From an uncultured Methanolobus sp. (GTDB lineage Archaea; Halobacteriota; Methanosarcinia; Methanosarcinales; Methanosarcinaceae), in contig OY776215.1 of assembly GCA_963675495.1 (NCBI GenBank), positions 192,001-256,000 of the forward strand: a stretch of 64,000 nt of DNA, given 5' to 3'. Below, piece after piece: positions 9,650 through 20,604 of this stretch. A program made the translations under genes and the position numbers. Numbering within the stretch: the first letter of the stretch is position 1; every line of letters starts with the position of its first letter. The notes under the pieces are model-generated. The model was given only the letters and a program-made list of their open reading frames with translations, ran no database searches and was not told where the DNA came from.

Positions 9650-11713
9650 ATGATAATTGAACAGTTATTTATTGCAAATTTTAGATGTTTTGGACCGGAT
9701 GAAACAAAAATTGATTTTGGTGATTTAACTACTATAATTGGTGCTAATAGCAGTGGCAAGTCTGCATTATTAAGTGCTTTGCTTAAATTATTTGGCAGAA
9801 CTGGAAAAGAGAGAGAAATTAAAAGATCAGATTTTCATATTCCTATTGGAAAGAAACCAGAGGAGATTGTTGAAAATAGCTTATATATTGAAGCAACAAT
9901 TTCTTTCCCTGAGTTGGTTAAAGATGAAGAATATGCAAAAAAAACAGTTCCTAGCTTATTCCGAAAAATGGTTGTGCATGAACCTGATGGTGATCCATAT
10001 ATTAGAATTCGTTTAGAAGCTTCTTGGAAGCAAAGCAATTCACCTGATGGAGAAATCGACTCAAATATATCGTTTATTAGTATTTCAAGGGATGAAGATG
10101 AAGAAATATCTAATGAAAATAAACATATTGCAAAATTAAGTGATATAAGATCTAATATTCAAATGATTTACGTTCCTGCTATTAGAGAACCTTCAAAAGA
10201 GTTAAAAAATGCTTCTGGAACTATACTTTGGAGAATTCTAAATGGTATTAATTGGCCTGAAGACATCAATGAAAAAATAAACAAACAAATGGAACCTGTA
10301 AATTCTATTTTTGATTGTCAACAAGGAGTTAAAAGAGTACAGGAAATCATTCAGACCCAATGGAAATCCTACCACAAAGATTACAGATATACAAAAACTA
10401 AAATCAAATTTACTAGTAGCGATTTAAGTGATATACTAGATAAGATTGACATAGAGTTTTCACCAACAGAAATTCCTAAATCATACAATATTGATTCTCT
10501 AGGAGAAGGTTTAAGGTCTTTGTTTTATCTATCCCTCGTAAGTTCTTTACTTGATGTTGAATTTGAAGCTCAATCTAACACCGAGCAGGATATCTTTGAT
10601 TTATCGCCTCCCGCTTTAACAATTCTAGCTGTCGAAGAACCAGAAAACCATATATCTCCTCAACTATTAGGTAAAATAATTGATAATATCGAGAAGATTT
10701 CTGAAAAATGTAATTCTCAAGTATTTTTGACTTCACATTCACCTTCAATAGTAAAGAGAATAAAACCTGAAACAATTCGTCATTTAAGAATAAATAAGAG
10801 TAACTTATGTACTGCGATAAGTACAATTACTCTTCCTCCTGGAGAAAATGAAATACACAAGTATGTAAAAGAAGCAGTTACTAGGTACACTGAAATTTAT
10901 TTCTCTAGACTAGTTGTATTTGGGGAAGGAGATTCAGAATCAATCATAATTCCAAAAGCTATTGAAACATTGGGTTCAAAAGTAGATTCCGCTGGAATTA
11001 GTGTTGTGCCATTGGGTGGTAGATTTGTTAATCATTTTTGGAAATTATTAACTAACCTTGAGATACCTTATATTACATTACTTGATTTGGATTCAGAAAG
11101 GGCAAAAGGAGGATGGGAAACTATAAAATATGCAATTACTCAACTCATAGAAAATGGTCACACACTTGAAGAAATATGTGATTTTGAAGAGTGTGAATCA
11201 CTGTCTCAGGGTATGTTTGATTCAATGCACAACAGATTATTAAAAACTGATACTGACAGAAGTAAAATCAAAAAATGGGCAGAACATCTTGAGAAATTTG
11301 GTATTTATTATTCTTTTCCTCTTGACGTTGATTTTTCAATGCTTAAGGCTTTTGAAGAGAGTTATAGAATCCCTTCTCCTGGTGGCAGAGGACCTACTAT
11401 TCCAGACAAAAATACTAAGCCATTTGAATATGCTGAAAAAATGGAAAAATGTATTCGTCATACTTTAAAAGAAAGTGGAGGAGATGGCAATACTTACTCT
11501 GATAATGAAAAAGAGTTTATGCTCTGGTATCCTTATTTATTCCTCGATCATGGTAAACCTAGTACTCATATTTTAGCAATGAATAGATTAGATGATGCAG
11601 TCTTCAAAGAAAAGATGCCTGATTCTTTAAAGAGAATGGTTGATTCAATTAAAACCGAATTAGAAGACGATTACTTATCTACTCTCTGTGAAATAACTGA
11701 ACAGGGTGATTAA
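9650..11713 (+). CDS. gajA: OLD-family ABC-ATPase/TOPRIM nuclease (Gabija GajA-like)
   Basis: NFRCF, GANSSGKS, VEEPENH, TSHSP, FGEGDSE, LLDLD; overlaps the downstream UvrD gene. Confidence 0.85.
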   Translation: MIIEQLFIANFRCFGPDETKIDFGDLTTIIGANSSGKSALLSALLKLFGRTGKEREIKRSDFHIPIGKKPEEIVENSLYIEATISFPELVKDEEYAKKTVPSLFRKMVVHEPDGDPYIRIRLEASWKQSNSPDGEIDSNISFISISRDEDEEISNENKHIAKLSDIRSNIQMIYVPAIREPSKELKNASGTILWRILNGINWPEDINEKINKQMEPVNSIFDCQQGVKRVQEIIQTQWKSYHKDYRYTKTKIKFTSSDLSDILDKIDIEFSPTEIPKSYNIDSLGEGLRSLFYLSLVSSLLDVEFEAQSNTEQDIFDLSPPALTILAVEEPENHISPQLLGKIIDNIEKISEKCNSQVFLTSHSPSIVKRIKPETIRHLRINKSNLCTAISTITLPPGENEIHKYVKEAVTRYTEIYFSRLVVFGEGDSESIIIPKAIETLGSKVDSAGISVVPLGGRFVNHFWKLLTNLEIPYITLLDLDSERAKGGWETIKYAITQLIENGHTLEEICDFEECESLSQGMFDSMHNRLLKTDTDRSKIKKWAEHLEKFGIYYSFPLDVDFSMLKAFEESYRIPSPGGRGPTIPDKNTKPFEYAEKMEKCIRHTLKESGGDGNTYSDNEKEFMLWYPYLFLDHGKPSTHILAMNRLDDAVFKEKMPDSLKRMVDSIKTELEDDYLSTLCEITEQGD

Positions 11714-13583
11714 ACTGAGATTGTCACAGGCGGATTGGAAACCATCAGATGATTTCATTTTAGAAACAAATGCTTTAGACATTGCAAAATCATCAAGAAA
11801 TTATAGTGTGACAGCTGGCCCAGGAGCAGGCAAGACGGAATTGCTTGCACAAAGGGCCTGTTTTTTGTTACAAACTAATGTTTGTACAGAACCAAGAAGA
11901 ATACTTGCAATTAGTTTTAAAAAAGATGCAGCTAAGAATATTGCAAACAGAGTTAAAATGAGATGCGGTGATGAATTATCTGAAAGGTTTGTATCTTTAA
12001 CTTATGCTTCATTTGCCAAGGAAATCCTTGATCACTTTAGAAAAGCTCTTCCAGAAGAGTATAGGCCCTCGCAAGAGTATGAAATTATGTCACATAATGG
12101 CGCGATTACAGATCGCTTTTTAGGTTCCTTTGATTCACATTCCAACTTAAATATATCAACTGAAGAGATAAGAAACCTTCCAAAACACTTGACAATTAAT
12201 AAATTACCCTTGAATCATGGTGCAAATTGGGATTTAAATGAAGTAATACTTAAAATATGGGAAAGATGCGTAAATTCAGACTCTGAAGAATCAAAGTTAA
12301 CTTTTTCAATGATTACAAGATTGAGTGAGTTTTTAATACGTGAAAATAAGAAAATCCATAACTCTCTAATTGCAACCTATAGTCATGTTTTTTTGGATGA
12401 GTTTCAAGATACAACTACTGATCAATATGATTTAATTAATACATGCTTTTTAGGAACAAACACGATATTAACTGCAGTAGGTGATAAGAAACAAAGAATT
12501 ATGATGTGGGCAGGCGCAGATGTAAATGTATTTGAAAAATTCAATATAGACTTCCAAGCAGAACCTTGTGAATTAATGATGAATTATCGATCAGCTCCCA
12601 GACTTGTTGAAATACAAAAAATATTAATTGAAAACATGAGTGAAGATAATAACAATATATCTGCACATAATAGATGGAGTAATGATGATGGGATTTGTGA
12701 AATTTGGAATTTTGAAAATAACCAGAGTGAAGCAGAAATACTTTCTGCAAAAATAAATCAATGGATTTTAGAAGATAGTTTAAATCCTGAAGATATATGC
12801 ATTCTTGTGAAGCAAAGACCAGATACCTACTATGAGCTTTTAGCGAGTAAGTTAGACATATATGGTGTAAAAATTAGGAATGAAAGTTTATTGCAGGATT
12901 TGATATCTGAAGAATGTGTAAACATTTTGTTAGAGATAATTTTGTGTGCTTTTTCTAAAAGTTCAATACAAGAATGGACAAATACTAGAAATCTTCTTAG
13001 ATTGACAAGATTCATTTCACCAGAAGAATCCGATTTTAGAAGGATCCAAAAAGTTGATGATGAATTTGATTTGAAAATTGAAAATATTATTGATTTATTA
13101 GAGAAAGTTTCTACCAAAATCGAATTGAGAATAGTTTTACATGATATTATTGATTTTTTCGGAAAAGAAAATTTATTCAACCTCTATCCTCAATACAAAC
13201 AGGGCACATTTTTCAACCAAAAAATCAATGATTTATCTGAATATTTGTGGAATGAATATTTATTATATAATGATTGGGCAGAATCTGTTTACTCATTACA
13301 GGGAAAAGATGCAATCTCCCTTATGACAATACACAAAAGTAAAGGTCTTGAGTACAACACTGTAATCTTTTTAGGATTGGATGATGAACAGTTTTGGACC
13401 TTTAGAAGGCAACCTGAGGAAGACACCTGTGCTTTTTTCGTTGCACTCTCAAGAGCTAAGGAAAGAGCAATTTTTACTTTCTGTAAAAGAAGAAATAATG
13501 GTAGATCCATTAATCGGTCAAATATCAGTTCTCTATACAGCATGTTAGAAGAATCTGGAATCGTTGAGACTCGCACTTTCTGA
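11706..13583 (+). CDS. gajB: UvrD-like helicase (Gabija GajB-like)
   Basis: AGPGAGKT, FLDEFQD, VGDKKQRI, NYRS, TIHKSKGLEY, FFVALSRAK; coupled to the OLD nuclease. Confidence 0.85.
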   Translation: MIKLRLSQADWKPSDDFILETNALDIAKSSRNYSVTAGPGAGKTELLAQRACFLLQTNVCTEPRRILAISFKKDAAKNIANRVKMRCGDELSERFVSLTYASFAKEILDHFRKALPEEYRPSQEYEIMSHNGAITDRFLGSFDSHSNLNISTEEIRNLPKHLTINKLPLNHGANWDLNEVILKIWERCVNSDSEESKLTFSMITRLSEFLIRENKKIHNSLIATYSHVFLDEFQDTTTDQYDLINTCFLGTNTILTAVGDKKQRIMMWAGADVNVFEKFNIDFQAEPCELMMNYRSAPRLVEIQKILIENMSEDNNNISAHNRWSNDDGICEIWNFENNQSEAEILSAKINQWILEDSLNPEDICILVKQRPDTYYELLASKLDIYGVKIRNESLLQDLISEECVNILLEIILCAFSKSSIQEWTNTRNLLRLTRFISPEESDFRRIQKVDDEFDLKIENIIDLLEKVSTKIELRIVLHDIIDFFGKENLFNLYPQYKQGTFFNQKINDLSEYLWNEYLLYNDWAESVYSLQGKDAISLMTIHKSKGLEYNTVIFLGLDDEQFWTFRRQPEEDTCAFFVALSRAKERAIFTFCKRRNNGRSINRSNISSLYSMLEESGIVETRTF

Positions 13584-13626
13584 TATCATACTTATCCTAT
13601 AAACAGATTAAGTTATAATTAAAAAT

Positions 13627-16335
13627 TCACCATCCCTTCAAAAGATGTTGTTTCTTCTCATTATCATCAAGCACCTTCGCACAGGATTCCCAGTCAATAG
13701 AGACCGGTTTATTATACCGTATTTCAAATGGATGCCTCGGAGGTATCTCGTCAATGGTTTTCATTGCATCATCTATCTTATTCAATGCAACATCTACCCA
13801 TACATCCTCAAGTACATCAGGTATCTGGCCAAAAAGCGAGTTGATCTTTTCAAGCCTCTCTGAAAGAAGTTCATGTACTCTGTCCTCTACTGAACCCTTA
13901 TAGCGCATATTGTAGATCCACACGTCATCATAGACTTGGCCAATACGCTGTATCCTTCCTTTTCTCTGTTCAAGTCTTGTTGGGTTCCAGGGTAAATCAA
14001 GGTTAATGAGTGTACCGAGTGTCTGAAGGTTCAGACCCTCACTGGCGGCATCCGTTCCAAGTAACAGTTTTATTGTGCCTTTGCGTACAAGTGCCTTGAT
14101 CTCTTCACGTGATGCACGCTGGAATGTTCCATTTTCTATGATACCAGAACGATTGCTTCCTGCATATATGCCAATCTTCTCTTCGGTTAACTCTTCTTTT
14201 AGTTTATCGGCAAGCCACTGTATAGAATCATAGTATTGTGAAAAAATGATGCAACCCCGCTCAAGCCATCTATCGTTCTTCAGAATATCCAGGACTTTTT
14301 CATATTTAGGGTCGGTGTCCATATGCTCATTAATTATCTGAGCGAACCTTGACAACAGGAATCTTTCGGCTTCAGACATGTTTTCAAAGAGCTCACTTCT
14401 CTGAACATCTTCTTCTTCTTCTTCGGAATCAAACTCTGAATCCTTGCGAACTCCAAGCATTTTATTTGCAGTGACTTTTCCTGCATATAATGTACTTCCA
14501 ACACGTCTAAGAAGAAGGGTTTTTAAGAAGCCTGTACCTTTTGCCCTTTCGCTAAGTAACTGACAGAACTCTTCTGCAGCCTTATATGCATCCTGAAGAT
14601 ATATTGGGAGAGGAATCGCATCCTTATCGTCCTCTCCGAACAGTTTGACCTCGATCTTCTGAATGTATGGCTCTCCTGTTTCAGGATTCTTGGTATTTTC
14701 AAGGAAATCCCTTGTTCTTCGTACTATATGCCTAATGTAAGGGTTATGATTCTGAAAAAAGTCATCTTTCATTCTTTCAAGTCTTGCTCTATCAGGAGGA
14801 CTGAGCTCAATCCACCTTCCTGAATTTGTAACTGCCACAGAATCAGGAAGTGAAAGAGAACTTCTGATAATCTGATAATCTAATCCTTCTGAAGTCGGAG
14901 GCAAGGGGTTAGCTATGTAATTAAAGAGTCCATCTTCATTTATATCCAAGGGCTTATTTCCTTGGATCATATCCAAAGATATAAATGGCTCTTTTATCCA
15001 AGTGCTACGTCTGTTACCTAAAACAGATTCATTTCCTCCACTTCCAAGTATGGATAGAAGATCGTATGCTTCGATAGGGTAGAGCTGTACAGGTGTTGCT
15101 GTTGCCAGAAGCATACTTTTACTATTTCCTGCAATCTCCTGGAGGAAAGCAAGAAGGTTATTTGGTTCCGCTCCTTCATTCTCATGTGTAGGACCGAGAT
15201 TCTTCCTTCTGGCCCTGTGAGATTCATCAACGATAATGCAGTCGTATTTTTTTGACTTTAATAAATCTGGTATGTTCGACCTTTCGTTCCCATAAGAATG
15301 GATTATTAGGCCATACGAGAGGATACCAATCCTACGAGGACATTTTAGTATGCCTTCTTCACCATATTTTGGATATTCGATCCCTTCTTCATCTACCCAC
15401 CTGCCATTGTCCCATACTGCAGATGGAAGGTTTAGGTGCTCTTTCATCTCATCCTGCCACTGCCAGCGCAGGGTTGCAGGTGTGAGAATCAATATGGGTT
15501 TATCTCCAGTAAGAGCGATCAACTGTGCTGTCATTGCCAATTGTAGTGTTTTGCCAAGCCCTACCATGTCTGCAAGGACGAAGCGTGCTCCATGCTTTGT
15601 TTGATGGGCCTTGAATGCAATGTCTATGAAGTATTTCTGATGCTCCCAGAGTCCGAGTTCATTCCTGTAAACCGGACTTTCTACAATCGCAGATGCAGCT
15701 TCCGGTTGTTTCTGCCATTCGATGAGTGATGGTATAACTTCACGTTTTGCAATCCTTCCGATGTCTTCAATTATGAATTCTGCAAGCACCTTATAGTCCG
15801 GATGGTTCCACAGGGCATCAAACTCTTCCTGCACCCAGTTAATGGCATCGTCGGAATCATCTTCCCATACAAGCTCATAGTTACGTTTCCAGGCGGACAG
15901 TGTCTCATTGATGCTTCCCATGAATGCAGTTTTTGTCCCATCGGTCTTTGTTATGACCCCGGCTTTCCCATGGATCAGCCCGAATGACTTGTCAGGAAGC
16001 ACCCTTACCTGAAGTTTCCCGGACTTCAGATACTTGTAAAGTTTCGCAAATCTGCCACGAGCTTTCTCATCAACCTTTTCAGGTTCCTCTGCACACCACT
16101 CTTTCCGTATAGCTGCAAGAGCAGCACGTGCAGTTTTCACATCTTCAGGTTCAAGCTGTGAGTTACACACAACCCGAACAGTCCCTTCAACCGAATCCAG
16201 CGCCTCTCCCGCAACCTCAAGAATAGATGAACTGAAATAGCCTGCTATTCTATCATATTTCTTAGCACCTTCAAGGCGCTTGTTAAGGAACGTTGCATCC
16301 AGAGGTTCCCGGCGGGATGAGAAACGTTTGATCAA
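13627..16335 (-). CDS. PLD-nuclease + SNF2 helicase of the DUF499/DUF3780/DUF1156 restriction-like system
   Basis: YDRIAGYFSSS, HGKAG...GSINET (PLD-like), LADMVGLGKT, VDESH, ATATP, DAASEGLNLQ, WNPTRLEQRKGRIQR. Confidence 0.9.
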   Translation of the reverse strand: MIKRFSSRREPLDATFLNKRLEGAKKYDRIAGYFSSSILEVAGEALDSVEGTVRVVCNSQLEPEDVKTARAALAAIRKEWCAEEPEKVDEKARGRFAKLYKYLKSGKLQVRVLPDKSFGLIHGKAGVITKTDGTKTAFMGSINETLSAWKRNYELVWEDDSDDAINWVQEEFDALWNHPDYKVLAEFIIEDIGRIAKREVIPSLIEWQKQPEAASAIVESPVYRNELGLWEHQKYFIDIAFKAHQTKHGARFVLADMVGLGKTLQLAMTAQLIALTGDKPILILTPATLRWQWQDEMKEHLNLPSAVWDNGRWVDEEGIEYPKYGEEGILKCPRRIGILSYGLIIHSYGNERSNIPDLLKSKKYDCIIVDESHRARRKNLGPTHENEGAEPNNLLAFLQEIAGNSKSMLLATATPVQLYPIEAYDLLSILGSGGNESVLGNRRSTWIKEPFISLDMIQGNKPLDINEDGLFNYIANPLPPTSEGLDYQIIRSSLSLPDSVAVTNSGRWIELSPPDRARLERMKDDFFQNHNPYIRHIVRRTRDFLENTKNPETGEPYIQKIEVKLFGEDDKDAIPLPIYLQDAYKAAEEFCQLLSERAKGTGFLKTLLLRRVGSTLYAGKVTANKMLGVRKDSEFDSEEEEEDVQRSELFENMSEAERFLLSRFAQIINEHMDTDPKYEKVLDILKNDRWLERGCIIFSQYYDSIQWLADKLKEELTEEKIGIYAGSNRSGIIENGTFQRASREEIKALVRKGTIKLLLGTDAASEGLNLQTLGTLINLDLPWNPTRLEQRKGRIQRIGQVYDDVWIYNMRYKGSVEDRVHELLSERLEKINSLFGQIPDVLEDVWVDVALNKIDDAMKTIDEIPPRHPFEIRYNKPVSIDWESCAKVLDDNEKKQHLLKGW

Positions 16336-17048
16336 TCGTAATACTCTCCTGCATATTCTGCTTCACATTCCAACTTAAATGATAAATCTTCATGTATTTC
16401 ATCGCGGATACAATCAAGCATTAATGAAATCCAATCAACAACTAGTGAAAGATTTTGGATATTGAAAACTTGAACAGACCCATCAGATAGCATCGCATTG
16501 CCATTTTTGTCTACAGGATATCGGAATGATTGTGCTGTGTGGTCTTTTGAAATTTCTTTTATAAAATGACCTATTGTATTTAAATCATTATTGTATTCGG
16601 ATCTATCTGAATATTTATCTCCAAATTTCATCTTTAGTAGAATATCTTTGCATTCAGACCACAGACGGATTAAATCATGACCAGTGGAAAAGGAATTATT
16701 ATTATCTATGAGTCGCCTGCCGTTAATTATGATTTCTTTCATTATTAGTTCTAAGTAATGATTAAAGAGATAGAATATTGGATATCCAAATGTATTGGAT
16801 GCAAAATCGCCCTTTTTCACACTTTCTATTAGTTGCTTAACAGCTTCCAAATAACCATTGGAATATGCACTCCAAGGACTTCCCATGCTAATCTTAAAGG
16901 TCTCATAATTTAGGTCTTCATTTTCATTAAACACATGACATTCGTTATATACAATACCTTCAAGGCTCCAATTATCCTTAGAATAATCATCTGATTCGAA
17001 TAACTTCAAAGAGCAATCAGGTCGGTCAGGAACTTTAGAATCATACAT
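16332..17048 (-). CDS. HEPN-like protein inserted in the restriction-like operon
   Basis: Y-x-x-G-Y...YPIFYLFNHYLELIMK...GHDLIRLW...SFRYP. Likely start is the ATG at 17048, overlapping the methylase stop; its stop overlaps the helicase start. Confidence 0.7.
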   Translation of the reverse strand: MYDSKVPDRPDCSLKLFESDDYSKDNWSLEGIVYNECHVFNENEDLNYETFKISMGSPWSAYSNGYLEAVKQLIESVKKGDFASNTFGYPIFYLFNHYLELIMKEIIINGRRLIDNNNSFSTGHDLIRLWSECKDILLKMKFGDKYSDRSEYNNDLNTIGHFIKEISKDHTAQSFRYPVDKNGNAMLSDGSVQVFNIQNLSLVVDWISLMLDCIRDEIHEDLSFKLECEAEYAGEYYD

Positions 17049-19941
17049 GGTCCTGCTCCACAACAACCGACAGCATCTTTGCAGCCTTAGAGTCTTCCTG
17101 CCACTGCTCCATGGCATCGTTCATTCCCAGCGAAGCGAAGTACCTGAGTAGTTCCACGATCTCCTTCCTCTTCTCCCAGTACCCCGGATATTCTCGTAGC
17201 CACACCTTACCTGCTGCAGTATCCTCTTCCTGTCTTGTCTGACGAATTGCGAACAGTATACTCCTCACAAGTGATGATGAGAAGCCTTCCCCACCAACAT
17301 CACGGTCCTTAAATTCCAAAGCTGTCTTGAGCCTTGTCTCATTTGCTTTCCCGCTCTGCTGCAGGTTCTTATATTCCCTAATACCAAATCCACGTGCAAG
17401 TTCCTGATAAGCTCCGGTCCTGTATTCTCCATGACTTTCAAGCTCAAGCCCCTTTAGATAGAACCTCTCTTCAGGCATGAGTTGTTTCCAAACCCACGAG
17501 TCAATACCTGCAGGCACAAGATAATCACAGGCAATCTTTACCGCATTCTCAATGACTCCCTCCAGAGGGTTCCTCTCTCCCTTCCCTCTCGCACGGCTAA
17601 GCTCACGCTCGATATCAATATCCTCTATCTGTTTGTAACGAGTAAGCACACGCAAAGCAGCTGCATAAGCCGCAAGCTGGTAGTCAGTATCCCCAAAGTT
17701 AGGGTCTTCCTTGTCATCGATCTCCAGCATTGAATTTAGCTGGTTTTTGACTTCCTCTTCAACTTCTGGGTAGATCTCGTCAAGGAATGCAACATCGTCT
17801 GAGGACTGTTTACGAAGGACCAGAAGGACAGTTCCCTGGACATAATTTCCTTTTTTAATTCCAGTTGATTCTGTTTCTGTTGCAATACACCATGCAGCTG
17901 TCACTTGTAATCCGGCAGCCCATAAAATCATTGCAAGATCAGCCCAGACATTTGTGTCTTGGTGAGTGAACATTACAACTTGAGCACCGTTTTCAGGCAT
18001 ATGATTAGTAAGGTTCCTATACACTTCCACCATACTTTTTCGGAATTCTTCATCTGAACCTTTTATAGCAATAGCACGTTTTGAATCGATGTTCCAATTA
18101 GGAAACAGCTCTTTCAGTGATTTTTGATACCATGCAAGGAAAAACTCAGACAATTCATGATAGTTAATTGCGTCGGCATAAGGTGGATCCGTAATCCAAA
18201 ATGAGTTATTATTGTCAATAGACCTTGCATCTTGAGAATACAATGTTTTTTGCGTATTTACCTCGAAGGAATTAAAAGATATAAAAAAAGGATGTTTTAA
18301 CAAACTCATCCCACGATTCGCAAAATTATAAACGGTGTTCAACGCTTGATTGTAATATGTCTGTGATGTGCCTTCTTTTCCTGATTGCGGATACCATCGG
18401 GATAACTTGCTACTCCAATCGCAGCATTTTCCAATCCCAAGTAATATTGAAATTTTCTGAATGTCAGAATACTCTTTCTTATGCATTTTCTCTTTACAAA
18501 GTGATGTGAACATTAACTGTCTAGGAGTAAATAGGTGATGCCAGTGTGTCCATCCACGTGTCCTTATGGGTTCATTTGTTTTTGCTCCATCTTCGATGTT
18601 TAAGTTTGGCAGGTATCCCATTTCCTGCCATTCTACAAACCTGTCATTTAATAATTTAAGTACTTTGTTTTCATTTTTGATATCGTGTTCGTTAGGTGCA
18701 AGATAATGTTTTCGTATGTTTTCTTGCCCTTTATCGTTTTGATATTGTTCAACCCATCGAATACAGTATAAGCGCTCTTGAAAAACATCTTCTTTTCTGG
18801 GAACGATATCATGATTCTCCCAAAGACGTAGACCTCCCTCATAATCACGTCTTAGGGTCGTTATTGCAATTGGTGATTTGTGTCCAGGACAATCATGATT
18901 TGGACAAATTACCCGACTATTCTCGATTGTCTTGTTTTTGTTAGCCAGTTTAATATCTTCTGCCGATGCTTCCTGCTGAAGCACAATATTGTATCGTTGA
19001 TTATCGTCATCAGGATCAAGTTTCACTATTACTTTTGAGTATTCACTAACAATCATTGTTGGAAGAAGAGGAACTTGCCAACCACATTCAGGGCATGTTA
19101 CCTCTGAGCAGTAAAGATAAGCATCAGCACGCCAACCTTTATCATTGTGCTCGATGCCCAATTCAGTAACTTGTTTGTCCACGGCATCGTAAACTTCTTG
19201 CTGGGCCTTTCGTACTTCATCTACAACCTCTTCTCCACCACCAATTATGTTCAATGATGCCCATGTAAGGAGAGCAGCAACAGGATTTAAGTCAGATCCA
19301 AAAACATCACAGCCGATACGAGCAGCTTCAAATGGAACACTGCCCCCACCACAAAAACAGTCTCCTACAGAAGGTCTTTTTCCAAATTGCTGCTTGCCAA
19401 GCTCTTCAACAAGTTCAGGGATTGTAGATGCATTAGTTCCAAGATACTCATTAATTTCTTTCCATGTTTCCACTGAGGGGCCATTAATCTCTTCTGGACG
19501 GTAAGAATAAGCTAGGCGTTCATCATAACCCATACGAAGGAAAACCATCTTTTGAAGTCCTTCTTTCTCTTCTGATGAAAGTCCGCGGCGAATCCTATCA
19601 CCATCAAAATAATCATTTTTCTCTCTGTGAATCAGATATTCTTTCAACACTCTACCCGGAATGTTTGTCTTTTTCCTTTGCCACATCCCCTCATCGTCCA
19701 TTGTCAGGAGTTTTAGGAATATTTCACGGTCTTTTGTGGGGTTATCAGTTGCAGGGAGAAGTAAACCCAGAACAGCCGCTCTTACAAGAATCAATGGTTT
19801 CCTTCCCCACCATTTTCCTAGTCCTGTGAGTGTCTGGCTATAGTTCGATTTCCTCTCCTTGTAACTCTCCTTGGAAACCTTGGAAACAGGAAATTGTGAT
19901 TCAATGAACGACTTATTAAAAGGAATACTATCAACTGACAT
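17041..19941 (-). CDS. DUF1156 DNA adenine methyltransferase (restriction-like system)
   Basis: LGKWWGRKPL, DCFCGGGSVPFEA (SAM binding), ITDPPY (catalytic), Cys pairs CPECG/CPNHDC. Confidence 0.92.
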   Translation of the reverse strand: MSVDSIPFNKSFIESQFPVSKVSKESYKERKSNYSQTLTGLGKWWGRKPLILVRAAVLGLLLPATDNPTKDREIFLKLLTMDDEGMWQRKKTNIPGRVLKEYLIHREKNDYFDGDRIRRGLSSEEKEGLQKMVFLRMGYDERLAYSYRPEEINGPSVETWKEINEYLGTNASTIPELVEELGKQQFGKRPSVGDCFCGGGSVPFEAARIGCDVFGSDLNPVAALLTWASLNIIGGGEEVVDEVRKAQQEVYDAVDKQVTELGIEHNDKGWRADAYLYCSEVTCPECGWQVPLLPTMIVSEYSKVIVKLDPDDDNQRYNIVLQQEASAEDIKLANKNKTIENSRVICPNHDCPGHKSPIAITTLRRDYEGGLRLWENHDIVPRKEDVFQERLYCIRWVEQYQNDKGQENIRKHYLAPNEHDIKNENKVLKLLNDRFVEWQEMGYLPNLNIEDGAKTNEPIRTRGWTHWHHLFTPRQLMFTSLCKEKMHKKEYSDIQKISILLGIGKCCDWSSKLSRWYPQSGKEGTSQTYYNQALNTVYNFANRGMSLLKHPFFISFNSFEVNTQKTLYSQDARSIDNNNSFWITDPPYADAINYHELSEFFLAWYQKSLKELFPNWNIDSKRAIAIKGSDEEFRKSMVEVYRNLTNHMPENGAQVVMFTHQDTNVWADLAMILWAAGLQVTAAWCIATETESTGIKKGNYVQGTVLLVLRKQSSDDVAFLDEIYPEVEEEVKNQLNSMLEIDDKEDPNFGDTDYQLAAYAAALRVLTRYKQIEDIDIERELSRARGKGERNPLEGVIENAVKIACDYLVPAGIDSWVWKQLMPEERFYLKGLELESHGEYRTGAYQELARGFGIREYKNLQQSGKANETRLKTALEFKDRDVGGEGFSSSLVRSILFAIRQTRQEEDTAAGKVWLREYPGYWEKRKEIVELLRYFASLGMNDAMEQWQEDSKAAKMLSVVVEQDHV

Positions 19942-19968
19942 GTTATCTCCTGATATTAAAAAATTAAA

Positions 19969-20604
19969 TTAGAAATCGAGTAAACTGCCCTGCTTTTTCT
20001 TTTCCTGGTCTGTGACTTTTCCCTCATCATCCAGGCTTGCGATAAGACCGACACGTTGCTCTGCTTTAGCAGAGTTGATTGGATTGTTACATAGGGCAAA
20101 CCTGACCGCTGTTCTCCAGCCGGTGTTCCTGCCTCGCAGTGCCTGACCTGTTGCAGCGTTTGTCATGGTATAGAGCCACCAGCGTTCTTCCGGGAGAAGA
20201 CCAAGCCAATTTGCAACAGCTGAATGGATACGACCGGGGTCTGCATCCTCAATAGCCCAGCCAAGAAGAACAAGCTCTTTTCCGAACAGACGAGAAACTG
20301 GTGTAAGGCCTCTTGCCTTCCACCGTCCTTTCTTGTATCCAGTCTCTTTCAAGCGGCGGTTGAATTCAGAGGATACAGCATCTGCAATTCCATCCCATTT
20401 AACCCTCGGGAGGAAAACTCGCAGGCGTTCATCACTCTCATCCTTCACTGCACGTATCTTACCCTTCCACATCTCACTATCCCAGGACATGTGCTCGGAT
20501 ATCTGCACATCTCCGGTGGGGGAAGGAACAGACACAAGGAAATAATGCTCCGACTCAGCCGGCTTGAATCCAAAACCCTCTACAACGGAACTTTCACGAC
20601 TCAC
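19969..20604 (-). CDS. DUF3780 protein (restriction-like system)
   Basis: GFGF, EFNRRL, RLFGKELVLLGWAIE, NWLGLLPEERWWLYTMT, GWRTAVRFAL. Confidence 0.88.
   Translation of the reverse strand: MSRESSVVEGFGFKPAESEHYFLVSVPSPTGDVQISEHMSWDSEMWKGKIRAVKDESDERLRVFLPRVKWDGIADAVSSEFNRRLKETGYKKGRWKARGLTPVSRLFGKELVLLGWAIEDADPGRIHSAVANWLGLLPEERWWLYTMTNAATGQALRGRNTGWRTAVRFALCNNPINSAKAEQRVGLIASLDDEGKVTDQEKKKQGSLLDF

Noticed and set aside
17049-17117. ORF-track N-terminal extension of the HEPN-like gene
   Set aside because: It overlaps the methylase C-terminus; the ATG at 17048 gives typical coupling.
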